From positions 448,001 through 512,000 of the forward strand of contig CAVTLK010000004.1 in assembly GCA_963735595.1 (NCBI GenBank): 64,000 nt of DNA. Direction: 5' to 3'. Source of the DNA: an uncultured delta proteobacterium. GTDB taxonomy: Bacteria; Desulfobacterota; Zymogenia; Zymogenales; Zymogenaceae. Under the pieces are notes generated by a model. It worked only from the letters and a program-made list of their open reading frames with translations. It was not told where the DNA came from and searched no databases. Below are positions 40,021-50,775 of this stretch, piece after piece. Both the position numbers and the translations under genes were made by a program. Position 1 is the stretch's first letter; every line of letters starts with the position of its first letter.

Positions 40021-41364
40021 ATGATTGTTGAGTGCTCCCATTGCCAGACCAAGTTTAACCTCCCCGACGACAAGGTCAAGCCGGGGGGCGTTAAGATCCG
40101 GTGTACCCGCTGCAAGAACGTCTTTGACGTCTCGCCCCCGGCGGACAGTCCCGCCATGGATGATTCGTTTTCCGCCGGCCTTGACGACGATCTTTCAGGA
40201 TTTGACGAAGGCGCTTCCGATCTTTCTTCGGATGGCCGGCTCGATTCAGATATCCCGGGAGACCTGGATGGGGACATTGGGGGGGACGATCTCGATCTCG
40301 ATACGGGAGATTCGGACTTCGGCCTGGATTCCGATCTCGACGTAGGCTCCGATAGCGGGAAGACTGCGGATTCGGATTCTCTCGAGTTCGATATGGACGA
40401 CCAGGAGGAAGGCGCAGCCGGCCCCGAGCGGGCGGCAGGTCTGTCCGAACCGGGGGGCGGCCGGTCAGCCGCGGACAGCGACTTTACCCTCGAAAAAGAG
40501 CTGGACGGCGACCTGGGTGATCTGGACCTATCGTTTGATGACGGCCCGGCGCCGGCAGGTAAGAAAGCAGCCGCTGAGGCCGGCAGTGATTTCGATCTCT
40601 CCTTTGGGCCGGAGACTGCGCCGGTAGGCGCGGACATTTCTCCCGCCCCGACGGCACAGCCCGCCGCCCCGGGAGATATCCCCGATGATTTTGAGATCGG
40701 CGGCGCTGCGCTCCCGGGCGGTAAGAACGATATCGGTTTCAGCGACTCTATCGGAATCGATTCGGTCGGCGATCCCTTCGCCGATATCGGAGGGCCGGCC
40801 CCCACATCCAGAGCGAAGAAGAAGACGGCCCGCAGGAGCCCGCTGACGGTTGCCCTTCTCATACTCTTGTTCCTGCTGGCCGCGGGATACTGGGCGTATT
40901 CGACCTATTTCAGCGAGGGATTTGATCCCGAAAAGGTCCTTACCCTCTTTTCCAGTAACGAGGACCCCCTGGCGAATCTCGAAAACGCCGAGCTGAAGAT
41001 GCACTACTACTACGTCATGAACCAGCAGCTTGGTAAGGTCCTGATCCTGGAAGGCGCGGTCATCAACCATTCTTCAATTGAAAAGGGGCGTATCAAGGTA
41101 CGGCTGAGCCTGTATGACAAGAGTGGGAATGAAATAGGGAAGTCAGAGTCCTACTGCGGCAATGTCCTTGAATTATCTGAGCTTGAAACGCTGTCCAAGG
41201 CCGAGATTACGAAACTACTCTCCCTTGAGGCCGGTAAGAAATTCGACAACGCCCATATAAAACCCAATGGGTCCATACCGTATATGGTGGTCGTTTTCAC
41301 GGTCCCGGACGCGACCGACGGTTTTGTCGTCACGATAATAGAGGCACAGAACGTGGGCGAATAG
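40021..41364 (+). CDS. zinc-ribbon (MJ0042-type)/acidic linker/TM/DUF3426 protein (ZitP-like architecture)
   Basis: CSHCQTKF...IRCTRCKNVF; D/G-rich linker; TM LTVALLILLFLLAAGYW; C-terminal DUF3426-like domain. Confidence 0.8.
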   Translation: MIVECSHCQTKFNLPDDKVKPGGVKIRCTRCKNVFDVSPPADSPAMDDSFSAGLDDDLSGFDEGASDLSSDGRLDSDIPGDLDGDIGGDDLDLDTGDSDFGLDSDLDVGSDSGKTADSDSLEFDMDDQEEGAAGPERAAGLSEPGGGRSAADSDFTLEKELDGDLGDLDLSFDDGPAPAGKKAAAEAGSDFDLSFGPETAPVGADISPAPTAQPAAPGDIPDDFEIGGAALPGGKNDIGFSDSIGIDSVGDPFADIGGPAPTSRAKKKTARRSPLTVALLILLFLLAAGYWAYSTYFSEGFDPEKVLTLFSSNEDPLANLENAELKMHYYYVMNQQLGKVLILEGAVINHSSIEKGRIKVRLSLYDKSGNEIGKSESYCGNVLELSELETLSKAEITKLLSLEAGKKFDNAHIKPNGSIPYMVVVFTVPDATDGFVVTIIEAQNVGE

Positions 41365-41649
41365 CTGCCCGCGAGCACCCGTCGTTTCGGGATAGTAATC
41401 CGTTGTTGCAGGCGCGGCGCTGCCGGATTCTTCCGACGGCTTGTCAGCGAACTTCCTCTCATCTCGGCCGCATAAACACTCAGGCGCTCCGTTATGCCCG
41501 TACCGGGCACGCAACTCCCATCGATAATAGTATTCCCTTCGTCCACGACGGATACGAAAACCGCGTGCGTCAATACCCGATACACCGCCGGACGTACCGC
41601 GCGGCCTTCGAAATATCGGGGACCACGATATCTCCTACAGCTAAACTAG

Positions 41650-41678
41650 TTTACTTTACGTCGCCTCGGTGGTATACT
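41650..41678 (+). promoter_or_regulatory. sigma-70 promoter, probably leaderless transcript
   Basis: TTTACT-N17-TATACT with TG extension; ATG follows 6 nt after the -10; no SD. Confidence 0.65.
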
Positions 41679-41684
41679 ACACCA

Positions 41685-43421
41685 ATGCTTTCCGAGAGAG
41701 CGACAAGACCGAAGGAAGACCTCCGACGGACGCTTACGAGGATAGACCGCAAGGGCTATAAGGCCTATGGCGATATCCGCGGCGTCTATGATTTCGGGTC
41801 ATATACTCTTTCGGTCGATCACGTCCAGGGAGACCCCTTTGCGTCACCCTCCCGATTGAGCCTTCAGGTGCCCCGCAGCGCATCCGGTTTTGGCGCCTCC
41901 CTCTTTTCCAATTCCATTCGAAAGACGGCTGCCGCGGACTTCCTGACCCGGCAATTCGATCGGGCCGTTACCCGGTGTGTCAGGGGGCGCCGGGGGATGG
42001 GAACCAGCGGGTTGGTAGCCGTTGAAGCGGGCGGCCAGGAAATCCTCCTCAGGAACTCATGCGTCATCGACGACCGGTTCCTGGAGATCCGATTTATCGT
42101 GGGACTTCCCGCCGCCGGCAGGAGCGTGTTGGCCCACGAGGCGATTGAAATCTTTTTTACCGAAATCCCGGCCGTTGCGGCCGAATCGCTGTTTGCCGAC
42201 CGTGTGGAAGGCGGGGCGTTCGCTCATCACGTCGATACGGTTGAAGACTACCATCATTTGCGGGCGTCTCTCCGCGATCTCGGCCTGGCGGCATTCGTGG
42301 CTGACGGATCGCTCCTGGCCAGGAACAGCGGTGTTGATGACCGGCCGCTGGCGAACGGCGGCATACCATTCGTGTCACCGCCGTCGCTTTCCGTCACAGT
42401 CACTCTTCCCCATCGGGGAAGGATCACCGGTATGGGGGTCCCCCGGGGAGTAACCCTTATCGTGGGAGGTGGCTTTCACGGCAAATCTACCCTGCTTTCG
42501 GCACTCGAACGGGCGGTCTACCCCCATGTTCCGGGGGACGGCAGGGAGCTGGTTGCTAGCGATCCCACCGCCGTCAGTATCCGCGCCGAGGACGGCAGGT
42601 ATATTCAGAAGGTAGATATCAGCCCGTTCATCACGAACCTTCCCCTTGGCAGGGATACCGCCAACTTCAGTTCTGAAAACGCGAGCGGCTCCACGTCACA
42701 GGCCGCCAGTATCATCGAGGCCCTTGAAGCCGGCTCAACGCTCCTGCTTATCGACGAGGATACCTCGGCCACCAACTTCATGATCCGGGACGAGCGAATG
42801 CAGCAGCTGATTACCAAAGATAAAGAGCCTATCACGCCCTTCGTGGATAAGGTCGGAAAGCTTTTCATCGATCACGGGGTTTCCACGATACTCGTCACGG
42901 GCGGAAGCGGGGACTATTTTGACGTAGCCGATACGGTAATCGCAATGGACACCTACCTCCCGCAGGACGTGAGCGACAGGGCAAAGGAGATCTCCGAGAG
43001 GCACCGCGCCTCGCGTAAAGACGAAGGGGGCGCGCGTTTCGGAGCCGTTACCAAACGCACGCCGGACCCCTCTTCGTTTGATCCGTCCCGCGGGAAGCGG
43101 GAGGTCAAGATCGACGCACGGGGACGAAACAGGATCGTCTATGGGACGCTCGAGATCGACCTTGACGGCCTGTCGCAGCTTGTCGATACGGGACAGACCC
43201 GGGCGGTCGGGACCGCCATCAACCGGTATGCGACCAGGTATGCCCCCGGCGGGTCCGGACTTATCGACGGATTGACCCAGGTGATGGACGACGTGGAAAA
43301 AAACGGGCTTGATATCCTCGTCCCCGGTAAAACGGGCAATCTGGCCTGTCCCCGTCTGTTCGAGACGGCGGCCGCCGTAAACAGGATGAGAACGTTGATT
43401 GTTCGGGAGAAGCGATCATGA
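41685..43421 (+). CDS. predicted ABC-class ATPase (ABC_ATPase/MRB1590-like family)
   Basis: YKAY, DHVQGDPFASPS, GGGFHGKSTLL, ASGSTSQAA and LLIDEDTSATNFMIRD motifs. Confidence 0.88.
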   Translation: MLSERATRPKEDLRRTLTRIDRKGYKAYGDIRGVYDFGSYTLSVDHVQGDPFASPSRLSLQVPRSASGFGASLFSNSIRKTAAADFLTRQFDRAVTRCVRGRRGMGTSGLVAVEAGGQEILLRNSCVIDDRFLEIRFIVGLPAAGRSVLAHEAIEIFFTEIPAVAAESLFADRVEGGAFAHHVDTVEDYHHLRASLRDLGLAAFVADGSLLARNSGVDDRPLANGGIPFVSPPSLSVTVTLPHRGRITGMGVPRGVTLIVGGGFHGKSTLLSALERAVYPHVPGDGRELVASDPTAVSIRAEDGRYIQKVDISPFITNLPLGRDTANFSSENASGSTSQAASIIEALEAGSTLLLIDEDTSATNFMIRDERMQQLITKDKEPITPFVDKVGKLFIDHGVSTILVTGGSGDYFDVADTVIAMDTYLPQDVSDRAKEISERHRASRKDEGGARFGAVTKRTPDPSSFDPSRGKREVKIDARGRNRIVYGTLEIDLDGLSQLVDTGQTRAVGTAINRYATRYAPGGSGLIDGLTQVMDDVEKNGLDILVPGKTGNLACPRLFETAAAVNRMRTLIVREKRS

Positions 43422-44296
43422 GCGACCGGGATACGAAATTCTTTGAAACTCTGGCGGAAAACCTCGAGAGCAGCATACGTTTTGTGGATGCGGAAAAGCG
43501 GATTCTTTATATCAATCCGTACGGCGAGCGGCTCCTCGGGCATTCGATGGCGGAAGTAGCCGGCAAGCAATGCGCCGATTTCTCCCCGAGGCACACCGAT
43601 GCAACGGGGGTCAGCCTGTGCGAAACAGAATGTTTGCTGGATTGGTCTCTGAAGAAGGGGAAGATCTACGAGGGCCGTAACTTCTTTCGGGACAAAAAGA
43701 GTAACACCTTTCCCGTCGAGATCAGGGTGCTGCCGGTCAGTAATTCGAAGGGCGACGTGATTGGGGTGGTTGAGATCATGCGGGACGACCGGCCCCGCCT
43801 TGAACTCGAAGAGCTCAGACGGGATATCCAGCGGATGATCCCGGTAGACCTTCTGACCGGCCTCTATACCCGCCACAAGATAATGGAGTATTTCGAGGTG
43901 AAGGTCGAAAACGCCGTGCGATACGGTTCACCCCTTGGGATATTGAACGTCACCGTATGCGAGCTGGATTCTATTAAGAAGGAGTTCGGCGGCAAAAAGG
44001 CCGAAGAGGTAATGCAGCGGGTAGGTTATCTGTTCAGGATGAACATGCGGCGGGGTGATATCAGCGGACGGTTGGGCCCCGGACAGATACTCATTCTTCT
44101 GCCGAATACCAAGGAAGAGGAAACCCGCGCCGCCTCGGAAAAGATGAAGCGGGTCATCGAGGAAGATTCAAACCTCGTCATTCCGAAAAGGGTGCGTATC
44201 GCGATCGGCACGGCCCAATACGTACAGGACGATACCGTTGCCACCCTCCTCGATCGGGCCCAAAAAGACATGCTTGCGGATCAAGGCAAGACGTAA
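43418..44296 (+). CDS. PAS + degenerate GGDEF domain protein
   Basis: PAS with Cys motif; DLLTGLY; RRGDISGRLGPGQ replaces GGDEF. Confidence 0.85.
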   Translation: MSDRDTKFFETLAENLESSIRFVDAEKRILYINPYGERLLGHSMAEVAGKQCADFSPRHTDATGVSLCETECLLDWSLKKGKIYEGRNFFRDKKSNTFPVEIRVLPVSNSKGDVIGVVEIMRDDRPRLELEELRRDIQRMIPVDLLTGLYTRHKIMEYFEVKVENAVRYGSPLGILNVTVCELDSIKKEFGGKKAEEVMQRVGYLFRMNMRRGDISGRLGPGQILILLPNTKEEETRAASEKMKRVIEEDSNLVIPKRVRIAIGTAQYVQDDTVATLLDRAQKDMLADQGKT

Positions 44297-44534
44297 CGCC
44301 CCCCGCGCCAAGGCGACAGTCGCGGCGGGTCTGTCCGTGTCGGCAATTGCCTGCGGCGAACGCGGGCCGAAGCCAAGCCTGCACGACCCCGTGTAATGCC
44401 CGGATGGCTGAAAACCGGCGATAAAGTACCGAGCCCGTTTCCGTTGGCGGAAACAAAGAGACAAAATCGTTGATTTTTTAGCGATACGATGGTATCAGTT
44501 TTAAGGAATCCCCCCATACCCACCCACGAAAAGG

Positions 44535-45599
44535 ATGGCACCCGTGAGTACAACCGGTATCGTCAAAGACCCTATCTACCTCGAACATAAGCCCGGCTAT
44601 CTCCACTGGGAGAGCCCACAGCGGCTGGAAGTCCTCTATGAGATGCTTGCGGAAGAGGGCATAGCCGGCACATTTGAGGCGATCCAGCCCCGGAAGGCAA
44701 CGCGGGAAGAGATTGAGCTTATCCACGATCATAGATATTACGGCTACGTTGCTTCAACCGCCGGGAAATCCCATTTCTCCCTCGATTCCGACACGCAGAC
44801 CTCCGAACTCTCTTTCGAGGCGGCGCTGTTTGCCGCCGGCGGCCTGCTGGTCGGCCTTGACAAGATCATGGGAGGCGAGCTCAATAACGTCTTCGGGCTT
44901 GTGCGCCCCCCCGGCCACCATGCGGAGGCGGGCCAGGGGATGGGCTTTTGCCTCTTTAACAACGCGGCGATTGCCGCCGCCTATGCGATCAAACACTATA
45001 AGCTCTCGCGGGTTCTTATTATCGACTGGGACCTCCATCACGGCAACGGTACCCAGCATTCGTTCTATCGTGACCGGCGGGTCCTCTACTTTTCCACCCA
45101 TCAGTATCCCTACTATCCGGGGACGGGCGCCTTCGGCGAGGTGGGCGAGGGAGAGGGGAAGGGATTCACCGTCAATATCCCTTTGTCCATGGGTCACGGT
45201 GATGCGGAGTACTACAAGATTTTCAAGAAAGTGCTTCTCCCTATTGCCCTTGAGTATAAGCCCGAGATGGTGATAGTCTCGGCGGGATTTGATACCTACT
45301 TCAAAGATCCGCTCGGGGGGATGGAGGTGACGTCGGCGGGGTACGCAACAATGACCCAGGTGATCCTGGATATCGCCGAGGCGTGTTCGGACGGAAAGCT
45401 CCTCATTACCCTGGAGGGGGGCTATAACCTTGGCGGGCTCAGGGATGGGGCCAGAAGCGTCATTAAACAGCTATCGGGCCAAGACGCCGCCGACGAGGAA
45501 CTCCTCGGAAGAGACCTGGACGGCATCGGCAGGACCGCCGACAATACCATAACCAGGGCGGTTGGAATCCAGAAGGAATACTGGAAATGCTTCGGGTAA
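44535..45599 (+). CDS. histone deacetylase family protein
   Basis: RPPGHHA, GFCLFNN, DWDLHHGNGTQ, SAGFD and LEGGY motifs. Confidence 0.93.
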   Translation: MAPVSTTGIVKDPIYLEHKPGYLHWESPQRLEVLYEMLAEEGIAGTFEAIQPRKATREEIELIHDHRYYGYVASTAGKSHFSLDSDTQTSELSFEAALFAAGGLLVGLDKIMGGELNNVFGLVRPPGHHAEAGQGMGFCLFNNAAIAAAYAIKHYKLSRVLIIDWDLHHGNGTQHSFYRDRRVLYFSTHQYPYYPGTGAFGEVGEGEGKGFTVNIPLSMGHGDAEYYKIFKKVLLPIALEYKPEMVIVSAGFDTYFKDPLGGMEVTSAGYATMTQVILDIAEACSDGKLLITLEGGYNLGGLRDGARSVIKQLSGQDAADEELLGRDLDGIGRTADNTITRAVGIQKEYWKCFG

Positions 45600-45801
45600 C
45601 ACCGGGGCGTTCCCGTTTCCATATAACGCAGTTGCGGCTTTTTCCACGCACGGCAAAGCGACAATGATCGCCTCCCCCGGCCGGGATCTTGTTCCGGATC
45701 TCCGTGTCGCGTAAAGCCGTCCACGACCGACGGTGCCGCCGGCCGTTCGCCCACCAACGTGCGGCGAAGCCATAAATACACAACCCTTCCGGAGGAGCGC
45801 G

Positions 45802-47599
45802 ATGACCCACCACAATACCCTTAGTTCCGTCTTTACCCGAAATGCAGAACAACTCTCCGGCGACGTCATCATCAAATACAAGAAATCCAAGGGGGCGCCC
45901 TATTCCGACCTTACCTGGGGCGAGCTTTTCGGCCGCGCCGAAGCGGCGGCAATCAGGGCTCATTGCCGCGGGCCTGAAGCCGGGCGACCGGCTTGCCATT
46001 CTCTCGGCAAACCGCATCGAATGGATCATCGCCGATCTGGCGACGCTGCTCGCCGGCGGCGTTGACGTCCCCATCTATCATACCGGCACCGCCGAGCAAT
46101 GCGCCTACGTCCTTTCCGATTCCGGGTGCCGCTTTGTGGTCGTGGAGGACCCCGGCCAGCTTGCAAAGGTTGTCGAGAAGAGATCGGAGCTGAAAAAGCT
46201 TGAACGTATTTTCATTATCGAGGGCGCGGCGCCCCAAAAGGACGCGGCCGTCACGCCGTTTGCGCGGCTCGAGGAGACCGGACGGGCGCAAAAAAAAGCC
46301 CTCGGCGACCAGCTCACAAAAAGGATACAGGCGGTCAAGCCCGACGACCCGGCCACTATTGTCTATACCTCTGGCACTACGGGCCCGCCCAAGGGGTGCG
46401 TCCTCTCCCACCGGAATGCTATTTTCGTCCTTAACTCCATCAAAGACATTATCCATATCGACGGGCGGTCAAACCTTTCGCTCATGATATTACCGATTTC
46501 GCACTTCTACCCGAGGGTCTCGGGATATTACTATAATCTCTTCAACAATATCCCCTTTGCCATCGCGGAATCGCTCGATACCCTGGCGGCCAACATGCTG
46601 GAGGTGCACCCAACCTATTTCACGAGCGTCCCCCGTATCTTCGAGAAGGTCTACGCACGGATCACGGCGTCGGCGTCGGCGGGATCGGCTGTCAAGCGCC
46701 TCCTGTTTAGATGGGCGGTATCGGTCGGCAGGCGGCGGAGCCGGCTTCTCAACGGTCATAAGCCGTTACCGATGACGCTCAGGCTCGCGTTTGCCGTGGC
46801 CGACGCCCTGGTCTTCAAGAAGATACGCGCCGCCCTGGGCGGCAGGCTCACCTTTGCCCTGTCGGCGGGAGCGCCCCTCTCGGCCGAGGTCGGCGAGTTC
46901 ATCCACAGCGTCGGTATACAGGTGCTCGAGTTTTACGGACTGACCGAGACTGTCGGCGGCACGATGACGACCTTTGACGCGTGCAGGTACGGCACTGTCG
47001 GCAGGTCGATGCCCGGCTTTGAGGTGAAGATCGCCCCTGACGGCGAGATCCTCATACGGGGCAATAACTTCCTTGGCTACCACAACAGGCCGGACCTGAC
47101 GGCACAGGCCATCAAGGAGGGATGGTGCTATACCGGAGATATCGGCAAATGGGACGAAGACGGCTACCTCGTGATCACCGACCGGAAGAAAGACCTCATC
47201 ATTACCTCGGGCGGCAAGAACATCTCTCCGGCTAATATCGAAAACCTCCTCAAACAGATCCCGCTGGTATCTCTGCCGATGGTCTACGGAGACAACAAGA
47301 ACTATCTGACGGCTATCGTGACCCTTGATCGGGGAGAGGCCGAGGCCTACGCCCGACAGCACGGCATATCGTTTTCAAGTTTTGAAGAGCTGACAAAACA
47401 CCCGAAGATCGTTGAGGTAATCACCGGCGGAATAGACACGGTAAACGGGAAGCTCGCGAAGTTCGAGACGATCAAGAAATTCGCGATACTGCCCCGTGAA
47501 TTTTCCCAGGAGGAGGGCGAGATTACGCCGACGCTCAAGGTAAAACGGAGGGTAATCACCGACCGTTACCGTGAACTCCTCGAATCCCTTTACGTGTAG
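45802..47599 (+). CDS. long-chain fatty acid--CoA ligase, +1 frameshift near 45951
   Basis: SD GGAGGAG with ATG 45802; removing one A at 45951-45952 gives EAAASGLIAAGLKPGDR; YTSGTTGPPKG, YGLTE, TGDIG and TPTLKVKR motifs. Confidence 0.9.
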
Positions 47600-47604
47600 C
47601 AGCG

Positions 47605-50600
47605 ATGGCGTACCTGGTTACCGGTTCATCGTTTACGCACCTGGAGGGCCGTCTCCAAGGCGAGATCGCCGCGGCAAAACGGGAGGACCCGTTTCTCCCG
47701 GTGGCCGTTATCGTCCCCACCCGCGCCCTCAAACGCCGCCTCCAATCGATCCTCGCGAGTGAGGGTTGCCGGGTAAACATCCACTTCTTTACCTTTTTTG
47801 AGCTGTCGCTATGGCTGTTGAAAGCCGCCGGGCGGGAAGTTCGGCCGACCGTACCGGAGCCGGTCACGTTGCTGCTGCTCAAACAGGTCATCGAATCCGG
47901 CCTGCCCCAAAACGAGCACACGGCCTACTTCCTTTCGTATAACAACTCCCTCAAGCGGCTTCTTGGTCTCTTTTCCCGTTTCACCTCTTATCGGGTTACA
48001 CCGCCGGCTGATCCCGTCGGGATCGAGAAGACCGTCTTCGCCATCTATCGCTCGTTTTGTGATAGAAAGCGCGAGCTGGGAATACGGGACGCCGATGACC
48101 TGATCGACGAGGCGGCGCGCCTGCTTTCAGCCGATATTCCCCCCGATGTGCCGAAAGGCGTTTTCCTCTACGGATTTTACGATCTCAACCCGGTCCAGGC
48201 CGATATTGTCCGGTCTCTCGATGCGCGAAGCGACCTCACGATCCTTGCCGCCGGGGGATTTTCGGCCGGGGCCGAGGAGTTTTTCGAAAGGACGGCTCAG
48301 TTATATCGGGAACTGTCCGGGTCTGCGGCCGGTCCCCTTAAGGCGGTTGAGGCCGAAAGCGATTCGCTCGTTATCTCTATCGCCCGGGAGCTCTTTTCAG
48401 CCCCCGGAACGGCCCGCCGCGAGGCGGGCGGAAGCATCGAGCTGGCAACCGCCTCGGGCGTCAGGGGAGAGGCCCGCGCGGTGGCGCTTTCCATTATCGG
48501 CCTGATGGAAAAAGACCCATCCCTCGGGTGGCGCGACATCGCCGTGACCATGAGGGAGCGCGCCAATTATACCGGCGCGCTGGCGGATGTCTTTGCCGAC
48601 TATTCACTACCGGCCGTCTTTGACGGCGGACGTCCCCTCTCGTCAATACCTGAGGTCGGCTACTTCCTGGTGCTCATAGCCGCTCTCCGGCGAGGGCTTG
48701 TCCGGGACGATGTCCTGTTCCTCTTATCATCGGCCCTGTTTGCCTGGCCGGGCCTCGCGGCCGACGACGAGCCCCGGGTTCGGGACAGCGCGTACCTGCT
48801 GGCCGAATTCGCCGGGTTCTATCGGGTTATCTCGGGCGTGCGGGAGTGGGAAAACGCTTTCAGCAAGCACCGGGACCGCACCGCGGATAGTGGTTCGGCC
48901 GAAGATGAGCCGGGCGGTCCGGCCGCCGACGACCCGCCTCAATCGACGAACCGATATATCCAGACCGTGCAGCCGATCGTCGGTGGATTTCTCTCGGCGC
49001 TCGCCGAAATCCCCGCAGAGGCGCCGCCTGTCGAATACCGGGATCGCCTAACCTCGCTCATCGATACCTATATCCGCCCGACTCATGAGGAATCTCCGGG
49101 CATCGGGTACCTGAAGGAAATCCTGGAGACGCTGACGGCCGTATCATTGATCCGGCCCCGCATTACGCGGGATGATTGCCTGGTTATCATTGAGGACGCG
49201 ATCTCCCAGTCAAACGCGCCGTCCCCCGACGATATCGACGGGGTCTTCGTCTCCGACGTCATGGGCGCGCGTTTGCTCCCCCGAAAAGTCATCTTTCTGA
49301 TGGGGATGAACGAAAAGGTTTTTCCGCACGTTGCGGGCCGCGACCCGTTTCTCACGGACGAGACCGGCGCGGCTATGGGGCTTCGCACGGCCTCTTCGCG
49401 CCTCATGGAGGACCGCACCCTCTTTGCTCTGACGGTCGCCTGTGCGCGGGACCTGATCGTCGTATCCCGTCAGCGCAGCGACGACGCGGGAAGGACCGTC
49501 TCTCCCTCGCCGTTTCTGGAAGAACTCATCTCGCGGATAACAATCGGAGGAGATGAGGTCTCTCTAACGGGCGGAGCGGCCGGCCGCGACTACCCCCGTA
49601 TTACGGCGACCGATCGGGAGCTCTCGCGCCACCGCGAGCAGGACACCCGCGCCTTCCTTTGCCTCGGATGGCCCAACGAGGCGGACCTTAGCGCCGTGCG
49701 CGGCGTCGTTTCCGATACGCCGTTTCTCACGGGCGGCCTCACGGCTATTGACGAGCGGGCGTCCAACAGGCCCTTCTCGAAGTACGACGGCCTGATCGGC
49801 GGCGTGGACGGCCTCGTTGATATGATCGCGCCGCTGTCGGCGCAGAAGCTGGAGACCTACGCCGCCTGCCCGTTTGACTTCTTCATGCGATACATACTTT
49901 CGGTCGGGGAGTACGAGGCGGTCGAAGAAGAGCTGGACGTGGAGCCCCGTGAACTGGGCAACATCTACCATCGGGTCCTCTCCCGGCTGTTTCCGCTTCT
50001 CGTGGAGAAGGGGCTCTTGAGGGCCGCGGCCGATCCCGAAGTCGTCGGTCGGCTGGTTGACGCCCAGGTTACCAAAGAGACGTCGGGCAGGCTTTCGGGA
50101 CGCATCCCCGCGCTGATCCTCAGGGCGCGGGGATACCATACCGCCCGGATCGTGGACAGGCTCATTGAGCGGGAGCGGAATAGTAGCATATCGGGATTCG
50201 TTCCTGCCCGCTATGAGGTAACATTCGGTCCCCGAAGAGACGGGGTGATCGAACACCCGGCGCTTACTCTCTCGATCGGTCCGCGCGATATAGACTGCGT
50301 CGGCAGGATCGACCGGATCGACATCAACGAGTCCGCGGCGGCCTTTTCGGTCATCGACTACAAGCGGAAGAAGGGGTCGGGGGCGCGCAGGCTTAAGACC
50401 GAGATCATGGCCGGTCGCCATTTTCAGCTGCCGATCTACCTGTTGGCGGCCGAACGCCTTATATCCAATGGGCACTATCGGCCGGGGGAAGGCGCACTCG
50501 TCTATCTGGAGGCCGAGGACGGGGCCGATCATCGCGAGACTATCTCGGGGGAGGAATTTGCGCAAACCCGTGATACCGTCATGGAGAGAATCGGCGCGTT

Positions 50601-50775
50601 GATAGACGCGATCGCGGCGGGGGAGTTCACACCCGGGAAAGGTGCATCGTGCCGGTTCTGTGCGCACGGGGACCTCTGCCGCAGTGAGAGCACGTCAGTC
50701 GACGCCGCCAGGCGGCAGAAGACGGCCGACGGCAGTAACGCCCCCGGGGAGGATGACGATTCCGATGAGCCATAA
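47605..50775 (+). CDS. addB: AddB-like PD-(D/E)XK nuclease subunit
   Basis: YAACPFDFF, GNIYH, GRIDRID, IDYK, QLPIY and CRFC...C Fe-S cysteines. Confidence 0.85.
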   Translation: MAYLVTGSSFTHLEGRLQGEIAAAKREDPFLPVAVIVPTRALKRRLQSILASEGCRVNIHFFTFFELSLWLLKAAGREVRPTVPEPVTLLLLKQVIESGLPQNEHTAYFLSYNNSLKRLLGLFSRFTSYRVTPPADPVGIEKTVFAIYRSFCDRKRELGIRDADDLIDEAARLLSADIPPDVPKGVFLYGFYDLNPVQADIVRSLDARSDLTILAAGGFSAGAEEFFERTAQLYRELSGSAAGPLKAVEAESDSLVISIARELFSAPGTARREAGGSIELATASGVRGEARAVALSIIGLMEKDPSLGWRDIAVTMRERANYTGALADVFADYSLPAVFDGGRPLSSIPEVGYFLVLIAALRRGLVRDDVLFLLSSALFAWPGLAADDEPRVRDSAYLLAEFAGFYRVISGVREWENAFSKHRDRTADSGSAEDEPGGPAADDPPQSTNRYIQTVQPIVGGFLSALAEIPAEAPPVEYRDRLTSLIDTYIRPTHEESPGIGYLKEILETLTAVSLIRPRITRDDCLVIIEDAISQSNAPSPDDIDGVFVSDVMGARLLPRKVIFLMGMNEKVFPHVAGRDPFLTDETGAAMGLRTASSRLMEDRTLFALTVACARDLIVVSRQRSDDAGRTVSPSPFLEELISRITIGGDEVSLTGGAAGRDYPRITATDRELSRHREQDTRAFLCLGWPNEADLSAVRGVVSDTPFLTGGLTAIDERASNRPFSKYDGLIGGVDGLVDMIAPLSAQKLETYAACPFDFFMRYILSVGEYEAVEEELDVEPRELGNIYHRVLSRLFPLLVEKGLLRAAADPEVVGRLVDAQVTKETSGRLSGRIPALILRARGYHTARIVDRLIERERNSSISGFVPARYEVTFGPRRDGVIEHPALTLSIGPRDIDCVGRIDRIDINESAAAFSVIDYKRKKGSGARRLKTEIMAGRHFQLPIYLLAAERLISNGHYRPGEGALVYLEAEDGADHRETISGEEFAQTRDTVMERIGALIDAIAAGEFTPGKGASCRFCAHGDLCRSESTSVDAARRQKTADGSNAPGEDDDSDEP

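Noticed and set aside
41403..41684. Long upstream extensions in the ORF track (41403, 34689, 38820, 20123, 61161, 56989)
   Set aside because: They overlap promoters or other genes and precede the family-typical N-termini, so downstream starts were chosen.
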